Shown in pieces: positions 18,267 through 31,480 of a DNA stretch of 34,322 bases. The stretch is from an uncultured Dehalococcoidia bacterium. GTDB lineage: Bacteria > Chloroflexota > Dehalococcoidia > Lucifugimonadales > UBA3495. The stretch is from NCBI GenBank assembly GCA_950072105.1, contig CATMOE010000041.1, forward strand, positions 1-34,322, read 5' to 3'. Position 1 is the stretch's first letter; each line of letters opens with the position of its first letter. Position numbers and translations under genes: made by a program. The notes under the pieces were generated by a model. That model was not told the DNA's origin, did no database searches, and saw only the letters and a program-made list of their open reading frames with translations.

Positions 18267-20252
18267 TTATCCGGATGGCGCCGCGCTGATCGTATAAGTG
18301 GCCGGTTGAAGGGTCTTTGGCGCCAGGGCCGCCACTGCCACCACCAGCCGGTTTAGATCTTGGGGAGCGTTGATCAACAACTCCCCATCGTTGGAACCGT
18401 CCAGCTTCATGACACTTACCCGGTTCTGCTCGTCGATCTCTATCACCTGAACGATGTAGTCTTGGGCCACGCGGTTGTCGATCAGAATGAACCCCTTGGC
18501 CTCCCACTCGCCGGATAGTGGACCAGGTTGGACTTCAGGAACGAAAATCCGGCGGACGCAAAGACCCGCGCCGTTCACTGCGTCGTCGGTGATGTATTGG
18601 AACCGCAACAGTATCTCCTGCCCGGCATAGGACGTCAGGTCCATGGACTCTTCTATCCAGCCACCGCTTTCTCCGGTGTAACCCATTCCAAAACTATTCC
18701 CCACCGGATTTTCCGCCGAGGTGTGTGGGGCTTCCAGAATGATCCATCTTTGACCGCCATTGATGGACACCTCCAGATAGGCGTAGTCCCACAGTTCCTC
18801 CAGGCTATACCAAAGCTCGAAGTTCAGCCTCACCTTGTCCAGTCCTCTCAGATCCAATGACCGGGTCAGGGTGGAGTTTATCGAGTCTCCCGAGTTGCTC
18901 CACCAGCATCCTTGAGCCCCGGCGTCCACCGGTAACAGTGCGGTCTCAGCGTTCCCTTGGAAACGCAAGCGCAATGGACCGGAAAAGGACGTGAATTCGA
19001 CATATTCCACCGCGTATTGAGGAATCTCAGAACTGAATTCCGAGTAAGAATCAACGATGTTTTGAACCCTGGGCACTGTCTCGAAACCGGTGTGCCCGTA
19101 TTTTCCCTCGGGTTCGTCCAGCAGATTAGCCACCACCCAGTCGCCGAATACGTCCCGGAAGGTGACACCGAAACCAGAGGCCGCCAGATAGCTATCGATG
19201 CCATCTATCCCGTCTTGTGGTTCTTCAAGCAAAGGCCGCAATCCCAAGGGCGTGGCGTATTGCTCGTAAAGGTAGTGCATGAACAGGGACGATGCCCCAT
19301 AGTGGACGCCGGCGTGGTCAGGGGTCAGGGGCCAGTTGATCAGAGACGTCGGCCCCGCCCGGAGGAACCGTCCCACCGAATCCTGACCGTAGCCAGCCAC
19401 GGTGACGGCCAGTTCCGACAACCCTTCGTTCATCCATGTTTCCTCGGAAGGATCACCGTTCCAATGAATCGCGTGCTGTAGCTCGTGGGCCAGCGTACGG
19501 TTATAGCCGGAGCTGCCCACGGAATACGCGCTAGTATTGATGTAAACGATTTCCCTTTGATTACTGAACGGGAACACGGTGTTTGGATACTCGTCGCTGG
19601 AAGTGTAATAGCCGCCGGCGGCCTTGAGTCGGGCGTTGAGGATATTTAGGTGAGGGTCATCGTCCACGCCCGGAGACCATTCGGCGCCGAACACGCGGAT
19701 GATTCTCGGGTAGATCTCCTCTTCGAAAGCGGCGGCCGACCGCTCCAGATCTTCCTGCCGGATCGATTGGCCTTCTTCTACGTACCAGTAGGCATGGCCG
19801 GTGATCAATCTCAGTTCGAACTCCGACTGGTAGACCGTCAACGCAGGTAGATCCAGCAGCCAGAATGTGTCGACGCGCCCCGTCTCGAATTCCGGTGGAC
19901 TGGGTGCTACTATCCGGGGAAACCCCGCCGATAATCCGGGCACCAACTCGGCCGCCAGTTGGTAAATGTCCCGTTCCGGGGCTGCGGTCAAGGGGATCGG
20001 GTTCCTTCTGCCGGCAGGGTTGACCTCCGTAGAACGGCCGGTAGTGGTTGGCGGAGCCGACAGGGGAACGGCTGCGGGGGCGGCTGCGGTTTCCGTGGCG
20101 AAATCTGGCGGTGTAGAGGGAATCTCGAGGACCGGCGAAGGTGGTGGCGGCGCCTGAGTCGTGATCGGGCCGGCCGTTGGAGAGTCCTTAGTCGCGCAAG
20201 CAAGTAGAGCGGCAATCAACAGGACAGTCGTGATTAACAGAGTCGGCTGCAA
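18267..20252 (-). CDS. Lipoprotein zinc metallopeptidase (immune inhibitor A/M6- or M30-like) with a C-terminal beta-sandwich
   Basis: LLAC lipobox, Pro/Thr linker, AHELQH..WMNEGLSE, WDYAYLEVS, LRFQYITD. Confidence 0.8.
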   Translation of the reverse strand: MQPTLLITTVLLIAALLACATKDSPTAGPITTQAPPPPSPVLEIPSTPPDFATETAAAPAAVPLSAPPTTTGRSTEVNPAGRRNPIPLTAAPERDIYQLAAELVPGLSAGFPRIVAPSPPEFETGRVDTFWLLDLPALTVYQSEFELRLITGHAYWYVEEGQSIRQEDLERSAAAFEEEIYPRIIRVFGAEWSPGVDDDPHLNILNARLKAAGGYYTSSDEYPNTVFPFSNQREIVYINTSAYSVGSSGYNRTLAHELQHAIHWNGDPSEETWMNEGLSELAVTVAGYGQDSVGRFLRAGPTSLINWPLTPDHAGVHYGASSLFMHYLYEQYATPLGLRPLLEEPQDGIDGIDSYLAASGFGVTFRDVFGDWVVANLLDEPEGKYGHTGFETVPRVQNIVDSYSEFSSEIPQYAVEYVEFTSFSGPLRLRFQGNAETALLPVDAGAQGCWWSNSGDSINSTLTRSLDLRGLDKVRLNFELWYSLEELWDYAYLEVSINGGQRWIILEAPHTSAENPVGNSFGMGYTGESGGWIEESMDLTSYAGQEILLRFQYITDDAVNGAGLCVRRIFVPEVQPGPLSGEWEAKGFILIDNRVAQDYIVQVIEIDEQNRVSVMKLDGSNDGELLINAPQDLNRLVVAVAALAPKTLQPATYTISAAPSG

Positions 20253-20297
20253 GCTCTCAATACACCACTGGAATGGATTTGGCCCGGTTTGATCGCC

Positions 20298-20885
20298 TCA
20301 AGATTGCTCCGATTCAGGTTCTACCGCCGTATTGAACCGATTCATGGCGATGTCGATGTTGGTTTCGAGGATGCAGTCCACAGCCTCTACGGTCCTTTTT
20401 TCAGCTTCTACCATGACCGGAGACTCTTCCGCGGAAAAGGGGCCGATCACGTGTGCGATCGGGTCTGCTCCTGGAGGCGGGTGGCCGATCCCCACGCGGA
20501 GTCTGGGGAACGCCTGGGAGTTTAGCGCGGCGATGATGGACTTGATACCGTTATGGCCTCCGCCACTGCCGGACGCTCGGATTCGGAGCCGCCCCAAGGG
20601 CAACTCCATCTCATCGTAGACGATCAACAAGTCTTCCGGCTGGGCCTTGAATCGGGCCAACAGATAGAGCACGCCTTCCCCGCTGTTGTTCATAAACGTC
20701 CGGGGTTTGGCCAGAACAATCTCCTCCCCGGATCGGGTGCCCAGTCCAAGAACCGCCTTGGCCCGGCGGTCCCATGGACCGATGTCCCAATCTTTGGCCA
20801 TACGGTCCACACACCGGAATCCCACGTTGTGGCGGGTGTCCCGGTACCGCGTTCCGGGGTTGCCTAGTCCTACTATTAAACGCAT
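20298..20885 (-). CDS. pth: Peptidyl-tRNA hydrolase
   Basis: LIVGLGNPG, TRHNVGF, KPRTFMNNSG, GGHNGIKS, RLRVGIG. Confidence 0.98.
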   Translation of the reverse strand: MRLIVGLGNPGTRYRDTRHNVGFRCVDRMAKDWDIGPWDRRAKAVLGLGTRSGEEIVLAKPRTFMNNSGEGVLYLLARFKAQPEDLLIVYDEMELPLGRLRIRASGSGGGHNGIKSIIAALNSQAFPRLRVGIGHPPPGADPIAHVIGPFSAEESPVMVEAEKRTVEAVDCILETNIDIAMNRFNTAVEPESEQS

Positions 20886-20909
20886 GGCAGATTCATTGAA
20901 ACCTAGTGA

Positions 20910-24988
<4,079 letters not shown>

Positions 24989-25128
24989 CTACTCCCCCAT
25001 TGATTAGATTCTCCGTAAAGTATAATATCACTCCGTTGGTAAGGCAGGCTGGAGCCGGATTGTTCGATGGATTGTTCAATGTACCGGACGACCGGGTGCG
25101 GTGGAACTTGGGGAAAGGGGTTGAGAAC

Positions 25129-26532
25129 ATGGCGGATACCCAGGTAAGCGATCACGCGGTTGAAGAACGCCGAGGCATACGGCAGACCGCCCCCTTCATT
25201 CTGAGTGCTCTGAGTGGAGGGCACGGGATATTTCACTGGTTCAGTCAGAGCTTCTTTGTCATGTTGCCGGCTGTCGTCGCCACCTTTGGCTTGAGCGGTC
25301 TTCAAGTGGGGGCGATCTCCACCACTCGCGAAGTGGTTTCAGGTGTTGTTGCTCTGCCGGGGGGCGTGGTAACCGACATGCTTCGGCGGCATTGGGGGTT
25401 GGTGCTGGCAGGCTGCATGGCGTTATTTGGTGTCGGCTGGCTGATAATGGGAATCGCGCCGGTCTACCCGGTACTGTTGTTGGGGATGGGCGTTGTAGCC
25501 ATGGCTGCGTCTATGTGGCATCTTCCAGCTACCGCGGCCCTATCGCACCAATTCGCCCATCGAAGGGGTTCGGCGCTGTCCTTTCACGGGGTCGGAGGCA
25601 ACATCGGAGATGTGTTAGGTCCGGCGTTGACCGGAGGATTGCTGTTGGTGCTTAGTTGGAGAGGCATCCTTAGTATCTACGCCGTCGTTCCTTTGCTGTT
25701 GACCTTCGTAGTCTTTTGGGCTTTTCGTGACATTGGTAAGACCGGGCCCCAGGCCACCGCGGCGCAGGGTTTCAATGAGCAGATGGGCCAGACCTGGCAA
25801 TCGTTCAAAGCCCACCCCAGGTTGTGGGGCATCATGACGGTCGCGGGAATTCGGGGTATGGCCCACGTGGCCTTCTTGCCATTCCTGGCATTGTACTTGG
25901 GGCTTGAGACCCAGCTGGGAATGAGCAAGCCTTCCCTTGGTCTACACTTCGCCCTTTTGGTGGGAGTAGGCATCGTATCCACTCCGGTTATGGGCTACTT
26001 ATCAGACCGGGTGGGACGAAAGGTCGTGCTGATTCCCGGCATGCTTGGGCTTGCTGTCTTGACGGCGTTACTTGTCCCATTTGGCGAGGGCATAGGCCTG
26101 ATTGTGGTGATCGCGCTGTTGGGGATTTTCCTGTTCAGCGACCAGCCGATCTTAACCGCGGGAGCCTTGGACACCATTGGAGAGGGGGTAGTAGCCAGCA
26201 CGCTGGGGGTTTTCTCTTTCTCTAGATTTGCTCTTGCCGCTGCTTCCCCACTCATCGCCGGCTATCTGTTTGACTCGAACGGTATCGAATCTACCTTTAT
26301 TTACATCGCTATTCTGTACGTTGTGGCCTCGGTCATCTTGCTGGCAGTGCCCATGGGGGCGCCACGTCATTCCGCCGGCGACGGCCACCATGGTCACGGC
26401 GGCGGACATGGCCATGGGCATGACGCCCATGAAGAAGGGCAAGACGACCATGGGCACGGCCACGCCCATGACGAAGAACAAGGTCACCACGATCACGGCC
26501 ATGGCGATGAGGAAGAACATGGGCACCATTGA
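25129..26532 (+). CDS. MFS transporter (Fsr-like) with a His/Gly/acidic C-terminal tail
   Basis: About 12 hydrophobic segments, GYLSDRVGRK motif A, RRGSALSFHGVGGNIG; ATG 25129 follows a purine-rich RBS. Confidence 0.9.
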   Translation: MADTQVSDHAVEERRGIRQTAPFILSALSGGHGIFHWFSQSFFVMLPAVVATFGLSGLQVGAISTTREVVSGVVALPGGVVTDMLRRHWGLVLAGCMALFGVGWLIMGIAPVYPVLLLGMGVVAMAASMWHLPATAALSHQFAHRRGSALSFHGVGGNIGDVLGPALTGGLLLVLSWRGILSIYAVVPLLLTFVVFWAFRDIGKTGPQATAAQGFNEQMGQTWQSFKAHPRLWGIMTVAGIRGMAHVAFLPFLALYLGLETQLGMSKPSLGLHFALLVGVGIVSTPVMGYLSDRVGRKVVLIPGMLGLAVLTALLVPFGEGIGLIVVIALLGIFLFSDQPILTAGALDTIGEGVVASTLGVFSFSRFALAAASPLIAGYLFDSNGIESTFIYIAILYVVASVILLAVPMGAPRHSAGDGHHGHGGGHGHGHDAHEEGQDDHGHGHAHDEEQGHHDHGHGDEEEHGHH

Positions 26533-26598
26533 CACAGTTATTAAACGAAGGTTGCCGGCCAACCCCACTGCGTCTAAAGCGTTGACGAGGCTATGAAG

Positions 26599-27660
26599 CT
26601 AGAGTTCGGACAGGAGCCGCTTGGCTTCTTGTAAGGAGGGGGTTTCCGACGGGTCAACCCCCTTCAACATGGCAAGATAGTAGCTGACATAGTCTCCCAG
26701 AACCAACATGTTCAATAACTGGACCAGTTGGCTGCCGTCCCCACCCATCAACACGCGGTGCGGTACGGTGTGCCTTCTCAGCAGCTCCGCCAAAACCTCA
26801 TAGTGGCCGGACGATTCCTCCGGCGCCGTGTTGGGCTGAAGAACCAGAGCCGTTAACGGTATTCCGGATTCCGCCCAGTCCGGGTAGGCTTCCACCGAGT
26901 TGTGCAGCAATTCTGGAATCGCCTCGAAGAATGCCCAAACCTTAGCGTTCTCATTGAATTGAGTTTTCCAGCGCCGCGCCATGCCCCGGAAAATACCGCC
27001 TCCGTAAATCAACGGGACCTTACCGTGAAGCTCCAGGGCGATCTGTTTGGCGGTGTTCGACTCGGCGGGCCGGTCCGGCTCGATGCGGGCTACGTGCTGC
27101 CGCGCGGCTTCGATAGCTGACTGGACGTCCGATTCCCTTGTTTCGACCAATCCCAGGCGATTTAGCAGACCCAAGAGCAGCATCAGATTATAGCCGACGG
27201 CGTTGCGCGGCTCTCCCTTGGTGGCGACAGGCAGGACAGGGGCCCCGCTCTCGGTGGCGAGACCGGCAAGGGTACCGCCACTGGTAATGGCTACCACGGC
27301 CGATCTGGCCTTGACCGCTTCTTGGAAAAGAGACAGGGTTTCCAGCGTTTCACCGGAATAGCTGCAAGCTATTACCAGGGTCCGGTTATCCGGTTTAAAC
27401 GGTAGCCGGAAGTCCCGGACCACGGTGATGGGCAGTCCTCCCTGGGCCTGCGCTAGGTCGGCGGCCAGATCCCCGGCGATCGCCGATCCGCCCATGCCGC
27501 AAATGACCACCTGGTTCTGGGGCTGAGGGAAGCCGGGCAACTCGGCTTGGCTGATCTGTTGCCACGCTTCGCCGCATTGGCCGGGCAAGGCCGCTATTCT
27601 CTCGCCTAGCCGCGAGGGATCCAACGCGGCGTATATATTTTGATCGTCCAGCTTATGCAT
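26599..27660 (-). CDS. Bifunctional phosphoglucose/phosphomannose isomerase (SIS domain)
   Basis: GMGGSAIAG, SYSGETLET, RWKTQFNENAK, PELLHN, GDYVSYYLA. Confidence 0.92.
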   Translation of the reverse strand: MHKLDDQNIYAALDPSRLGERIAALPGQCGEAWQQISQAELPGFPQPQNQVVICGMGGSAIAGDLAADLAQAQGGLPITVVRDFRLPFKPDNRTLVIACSYSGETLETLSLFQEAVKARSAVVAITSGGTLAGLATESGAPVLPVATKGEPRNAVGYNLMLLLGLLNRLGLVETRESDVQSAIEAARQHVARIEPDRPAESNTAKQIALELHGKVPLIYGGGIFRGMARRWKTQFNENAKVWAFFEAIPELLHNSVEAYPDWAESGIPLTALVLQPNTAPEESSGHYEVLAELLRRHTVPHRVLMGGDGSQLVQLLNMLVLGDYVSYYLAMLKGVDPSETPSLQEAKRLLSEL

Positions 27661-27740
27661 GAAGTTCTAGGAGAGCGCCGGTAGCGAAATCCCTGTACAC
27701 AGGCGTTGCTTCACGGAATCCAAGCCAACCCAGCCCGGCC

Positions 27741-28271
27741 TTAATCATCCGATGAAGTTGAGACGGCCTCTTCCTGGGAGGTCCGGTCGATCCTAGCTAG
27801 AAACCAGGGTTCGATCCGGCGTTGGAACCAGGGTTCAATACGATGGCCAAAGGGTAACAGATGGGGCAGGCTCCGGTACGAATCCATGACGTGGTGATGG
27901 GGAGAGATATAACGGGAGTCGAACCCTTTGAACACCCGAAAGGTGATCCAATAAGCAAAAGGGGATAGGCGGTTCCATATGTGGTCGGTGGCTACGTGGG
28001 CCACGTGTCCCAGGATAGCGGCCAGCAGAAACGGGTGATAAAAGAACAGGCCGATCAAAGACAATACCATGGGATATTCCCAGGCGTGAAAGAGCACGTA
28101 GATCCGGTTATTCTTGCCTCTGATGTACCGCTGGTAGTAGTCGAAGAGGTGGTCCAAGTCCATCAATACGCCCACCCCCAGAGCTACTCCGGCGGCGGCG
28201 GGAGAGCCGGTTATGGCCCATGTGCCGCCGGCAACGGCGCTGGAAATAACCGTGTGACCTATCGGTCCCAT
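27741..28271 (-). CDS. Membrane-bound metal-dependent hydrolase-like protein (YdjM-like)
   Basis: GH near the N-terminus, DLDH, FHAWE and HVAHVATD motifs with TM segments. Confidence 0.65.
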   Translation of the reverse strand: MGPIGHTVISSAVAGGTWAITGSPAAAGVALGVGVLMDLDHLFDYYQRYIRGKNNRIYVLFHAWEYPMVLSLIGLFFYHPFLLAAILGHVAHVATDHIWNRLSPFAYWITFRVFKGFDSRYISPHHHVMDSYRSLPHLLPFGHRIEPWFQRRIEPWFLARIDRTSQEEAVSTSSDD

Positions 28272-28444
28272 ATTAAGACGAGGGTTCCCGGAGACTGATG
28301 CCGCTCAAATTCTAGATACTCCTTCAGCGTGAACCAACCGGTATGCAGGCGTGAGAACGATCCTTGGTGCATTATAACTCACCGGGGAGGTCCCCCTACG
28401 CCGGAACCAGTAGATCTGCTAGGTCCGGTGCCAAGCGAGGACTC

Positions 28445-29833
28445 CTACGAGGATTGTTGATTGGCGCCGACGGGCTCGCCGCCGTTGAAATGGGCCGGCT
28501 GCTGTACGTTGTGCCACAGTAACGGCAAGCGGCGGCGTTTCCCCCGGTGTTGGCGATAGGTTTGGGTGATCGCCGCCGCCAGCTTCGCCGGCTCATGACG
28601 GGTAGGCTTGGCTTCGTCGATGATGTCGGCCAAAACGCGAACCGCCGGATCCTGCCAAGCCTGTTTTGGGTCGATCAATGAGACCGTTTCAGGAACGTTT
28701 CCGCCTAGTAGATTGTCGTTGGCGATAACGATATCCACCGAATAGGTCCCGGCGTAGTAACGGATGACGTTCAGATGGTCCAGTAGCGATAGGCCGGCGG
28801 TTTCCCCGGCTTCTCCGGCCACGTTGCAGACGTACATCTTCAATCCATTGGCATTGGCCACCGCTGCGGCGATATCCTTGACGAGCAGGTTGGGTACGAT
28901 GCTGGTGAACAGGCTACCCGGCCCCAAGATAATCAGGTCCGCTTCCTCTATGGCTCTCATGGCATCGGGGTGGGCCGGGGCATCGGGCGGGTACAGGGCG
29001 ACCATGCGTAAGTGTTCACCGGCGGCGCCGACCCGCGATTCACCAACCAAGCGCTGTCCGGAGACGGTGCTGCCAACAAGGGTAACGTTGGTGGTAGTGG
29101 ACGGTATCACCTTACCCCGGATCGCCAATAGCTGACCCGCGATCTCCACACCTTTGTAGAAATCACCCCCGATCCCCGCCAGCGCCGCGATCAATATATT
29201 GCCGAAAGAGTGGCCGTCCAGCTGGCCTTGGGTGGAAAATCGATAGTCCATCAGGTCCTGCATGACTGTTTCCGAATCTGCCAAGGCAACCAGACAATTC
29301 CTGATGTCTCCAGGTGGCAGGATGTCCAGCTCCGAACGCAACCGGCCGGAACTTCCGCCGTCATCGGCCACGGTTACCACGGCGGTCAGGTTGGAGGTGT
29401 AGTGTTTCAGGCCCCGCAACAAGTTCGGAAGCCCGCTTCCCCCTCCGATCACCACAACTCTCGGTCCGCCCGAAAGCACCCGGCCTACGTAGAGGGAATC
29501 CAGCAACGACCAGTGCCGTCTGCCGCCGCGGGCGCTGCCCAGAGACATCAGAAGCTTGACCAGCGCGCTGCCGGCGAATATTGCGCCCAATCCGATGAAT
29601 ATGGTGCTGCGGACGGGCGTGGGAGCCCATTTCAAACTAAGAGTGCCTACTATGGAATGTAGGCCGGGAGCTAGGGAGACTTCGAAGGCAAACAGTATTC
29701 CCAGTACCACGGCGATCGTTCCTAACCCTCCCAGAGCCAACCACCGTTTCAGATGGATCCCTGGAATGAGTAACACCAGGATGGCGTTGGTAAGGGGGAA
29801 TCTGGTTATATTGCCGAGGATCGCACGCATCAC
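28445..29833 (-). CDS. yvcK: YvcK/GlmR (CofD-related) family protein with an N-terminal membrane extension
   Basis: IGGGSGL, VADDGGSSGRLR, PPGDIRNCL, GHSFGN, GPGSLFTSIVPNLL. Confidence 0.9.
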   Translation of the reverse strand: MMRAILGNITRFPLTNAILVLLIPGIHLKRWLALGGLGTIAVVLGILFAFEVSLAPGLHSIVGTLSLKWAPTPVRSTIFIGLGAIFAGSALVKLLMSLGSARGGRRHWSLLDSLYVGRVLSGGPRVVVIGGGSGLPNLLRGLKHYTSNLTAVVTVADDGGSSGRLRSELDILPPGDIRNCLVALADSETVMQDLMDYRFSTQGQLDGHSFGNILIAALAGIGGDFYKGVEIAGQLLAIRGKVIPSTTTNVTLVGSTVSGQRLVGESRVGAAGEHLRMVALYPPDAPAHPDAMRAIEEADLIILGPGSLFTSIVPNLLVKDIAAAVANANGLKMYVCNVAGEAGETAGLSLLDHLNVIRYYAGTYSVDIVIANDNLLGGNVPETVSLIDPKQAWQDPAVRVLADIIDEAKPTRHEPAKLAAAITQTYRQHRGKRRRLPLLWHNVQQPAHFNGGEPVGANQQSS

Positions 29834-29887
29834 GGTTTATCTGGCGGTTGGAGGTCTAGAGGTTTCATTCCGAAGCCATGGTGTTTG

Positions 29888-29917
29888 AACAAAAACCGGC
29901 CACCACGCGGTGACCGG
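29888..29917 (-). terminator. Intrinsic terminator upstream of yvcK
   Basis: Minus strand CCGGTCACC-gcgt-GGTGGCCGG followed by TTTTTGTT. Confidence 0.75.
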
Positions 29918-30093
29918 GCAGGACCCACGGAAAATCCCTCGCCACACACCGGCCCCTCCCTGTCCCAGATGCCAATTTTCCGAAACGTAGACATTGGATC
30001 GCCGCGCTTCACCGAACTCTCGATCGTCTATGTTGCGACTGCCTTTTCGGATTGCCTTTTGGCGGTGGCAAACCGTCGTTTCCTTAGTCTCAA
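29888..30093 (-). ncRNA. Candidate ~200-nt structured RNA (sRNA or attenuator leader), family unassigned
   Basis: Bounded by a near-consensus promoter and a terminator; several internal helices; no convincing ORF. Confidence 0.5.
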
Positions 30094-30099
30094 ATAAGA

Positions 30100-30128
30100 A
30101 TTTTAGGTAGAGGCCTCAATCCTGTCAA
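30100..30128 (-). promoter_or_regulatory. Near-consensus sigma70 promoter
   Basis: Minus strand TTGACA-17 nt-TAAAAT. Confidence 0.8.
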
Positions 30129-30288
30129 GCCGTTCAGTCGCTCCAGCGGGTCGTGATTCATCCGTGGGATCTCGATCGACTAGAGGCTGTTGGCGGAGCA
30201 TAAGCAGCCGGGCATTGACCGGAATGGCCATATGATACCATTGCGCCGCCTATACGGTAGGCCATTTGCACTTGATGGAGGCAAAGGT

Positions 30289-31464
30289 ATGGAAAGACGG
30301 CGAGCCTCAAGACTCGATAAGGTAGAGCCTCCGGCCACGATCGCCGCCGGAGAGCGGGCTAGGCAATTGTCCAGGCAAGGGCGAGACATCATAGACCTGG
30401 GGCAATCCAGCCCACATCACGTCACACCGGAGCACATCATCGAGGCGGGGGTAAAGGCCCTGCGCGATGGAATGACGAATATCGAGTCTCCAAGGGGACT
30501 TCCGGAATTCCGCGAAGCGATGGCAGAAAAACTGGCCAGGCACAACGGCTTGGACATTAACCCGGGCGGCGATGTCCTGGTGACACCCGGCAGCAAACAG
30601 GGCCTCTACTATTCCGTCAATGCATTCATCGGCGAGGGGGATGAGGTCCTGTTGATCGAGCCTACTTGGGTCAGCTTTCGCCAGCAGGTCCAACTTTCCC
30701 AAGGTATACCGGTGGCGGTCCCGCTGAGCGAGGAAGAGGAATACGCCATAACCTACGAGGGCTTGCGCCGATACATCACGCCCCGGACCAAAGCGATGGT
30801 TATCAACAATCCTAACAACCCCACGGGGCGGGTCTACACTCTGACGGAACTGGAAGCCGTGGCCAGATTGGCTACGGAGAACAATCTCCTGGTGATCTGC
30901 GACGAGACCTACGAATATTTCATTTACGGCTCCAATAAGCACCATACTCTGGCCGCTCTGCCTGGTATGTGGGAGCGAACATTGACCAGTTACACCTTCA
31001 CCAAGTCTTACTCGATGGCGGGATGGCGTTTGGGGTGCATCGTGGGTCCGGAAGCGCTGCTGGAGCCTTTGGTGCAGATCCACGAGCATACGGCCAGTTT
31101 CGTCTCTCCCTTTATCCAGATGGCCGGCATAGCCGCTGTCACCGGCCCCCAGGACCATATCGAGGACTGGCGCGCCGAATGCGCCGGACTTGCCACGGCG
31201 GTGGTTGATATGCTCAACGCCGTGGATGGGGTCCATTGCCCCCTACCACAAGGGGCCACTTTCGTGTTTCCACGCTTTTCCATGGAGCGTACGTCCGTGG
31301 AGTTGGCCGGGCTGTTGGTGGAGAGCCAAGGCGTGGTAATCACCCCGGGAATCGGCTTCGGAGAGTCGGGTGAAGGCCATGTCCGCATCGCGTTGATGCG
31401 CTCCCCGGCGGAGCGGGTGCGGGAAGGCGTAGAACGCATCGCCACGGCCTTGGAGACCTTGTAA
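30289..31464 (+). CDS. PLP-dependent aminotransferase class I/II
   Basis: NNPNNPTG, DETY, TKSYSMAGWRLG (PLP lysine), GEGHVRI; GGAGG RBS before ATG 30289. Confidence 0.93.
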   Translation: MERRRASRLDKVEPPATIAAGERARQLSRQGRDIIDLGQSSPHHVTPEHIIEAGVKALRDGMTNIESPRGLPEFREAMAEKLARHNGLDINPGGDVLVTPGSKQGLYYSVNAFIGEGDEVLLIEPTWVSFRQQVQLSQGIPVAVPLSEEEEYAITYEGLRRYITPRTKAMVINNPNNPTGRVYTLTELEAVARLATENNLLVICDETYEYFIYGSNKHHTLAALPGMWERTLTSYTFTKSYSMAGWRLGCIVGPEALLEPLVQIHEHTASFVSPFIQMAGIAAVTGPQDHIEDWRAECAGLATAVVDMLNAVDGVHCPLPQGATFVFPRFSMERTSVELAGLLVESQGVVITPGIGFGESGEGHVRIALMRSPAERVREGVERIATALETL

Positions 31465-31480
31465 GAACTGGATCCGCCGT

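Noticed and set aside
27802..27836. AACCAGGGTTC repeated 24 nt apart
   Set aside because: Small intragenic duplication encoding RIEPWF twice; not CRISPR-like
29480..29833. Membrane extension on YvcK as a novelty
   Set aside because: N-terminal TM extensions with a KRW motif occur in many YvcK homologues
29830..30012. 60-aa ORF ending at the yvcK start
   Set aside because: No RBS, no protein-like pattern, and it runs through the terminator; the region is better explained as RNA
29888..30093. T-box, cobalamin, c-di-GMP-I, glmS, SRP or 6S identity for the RNA
   Set aside because: Only short partial word matches; the core consensus elements and architecture are not found by eye
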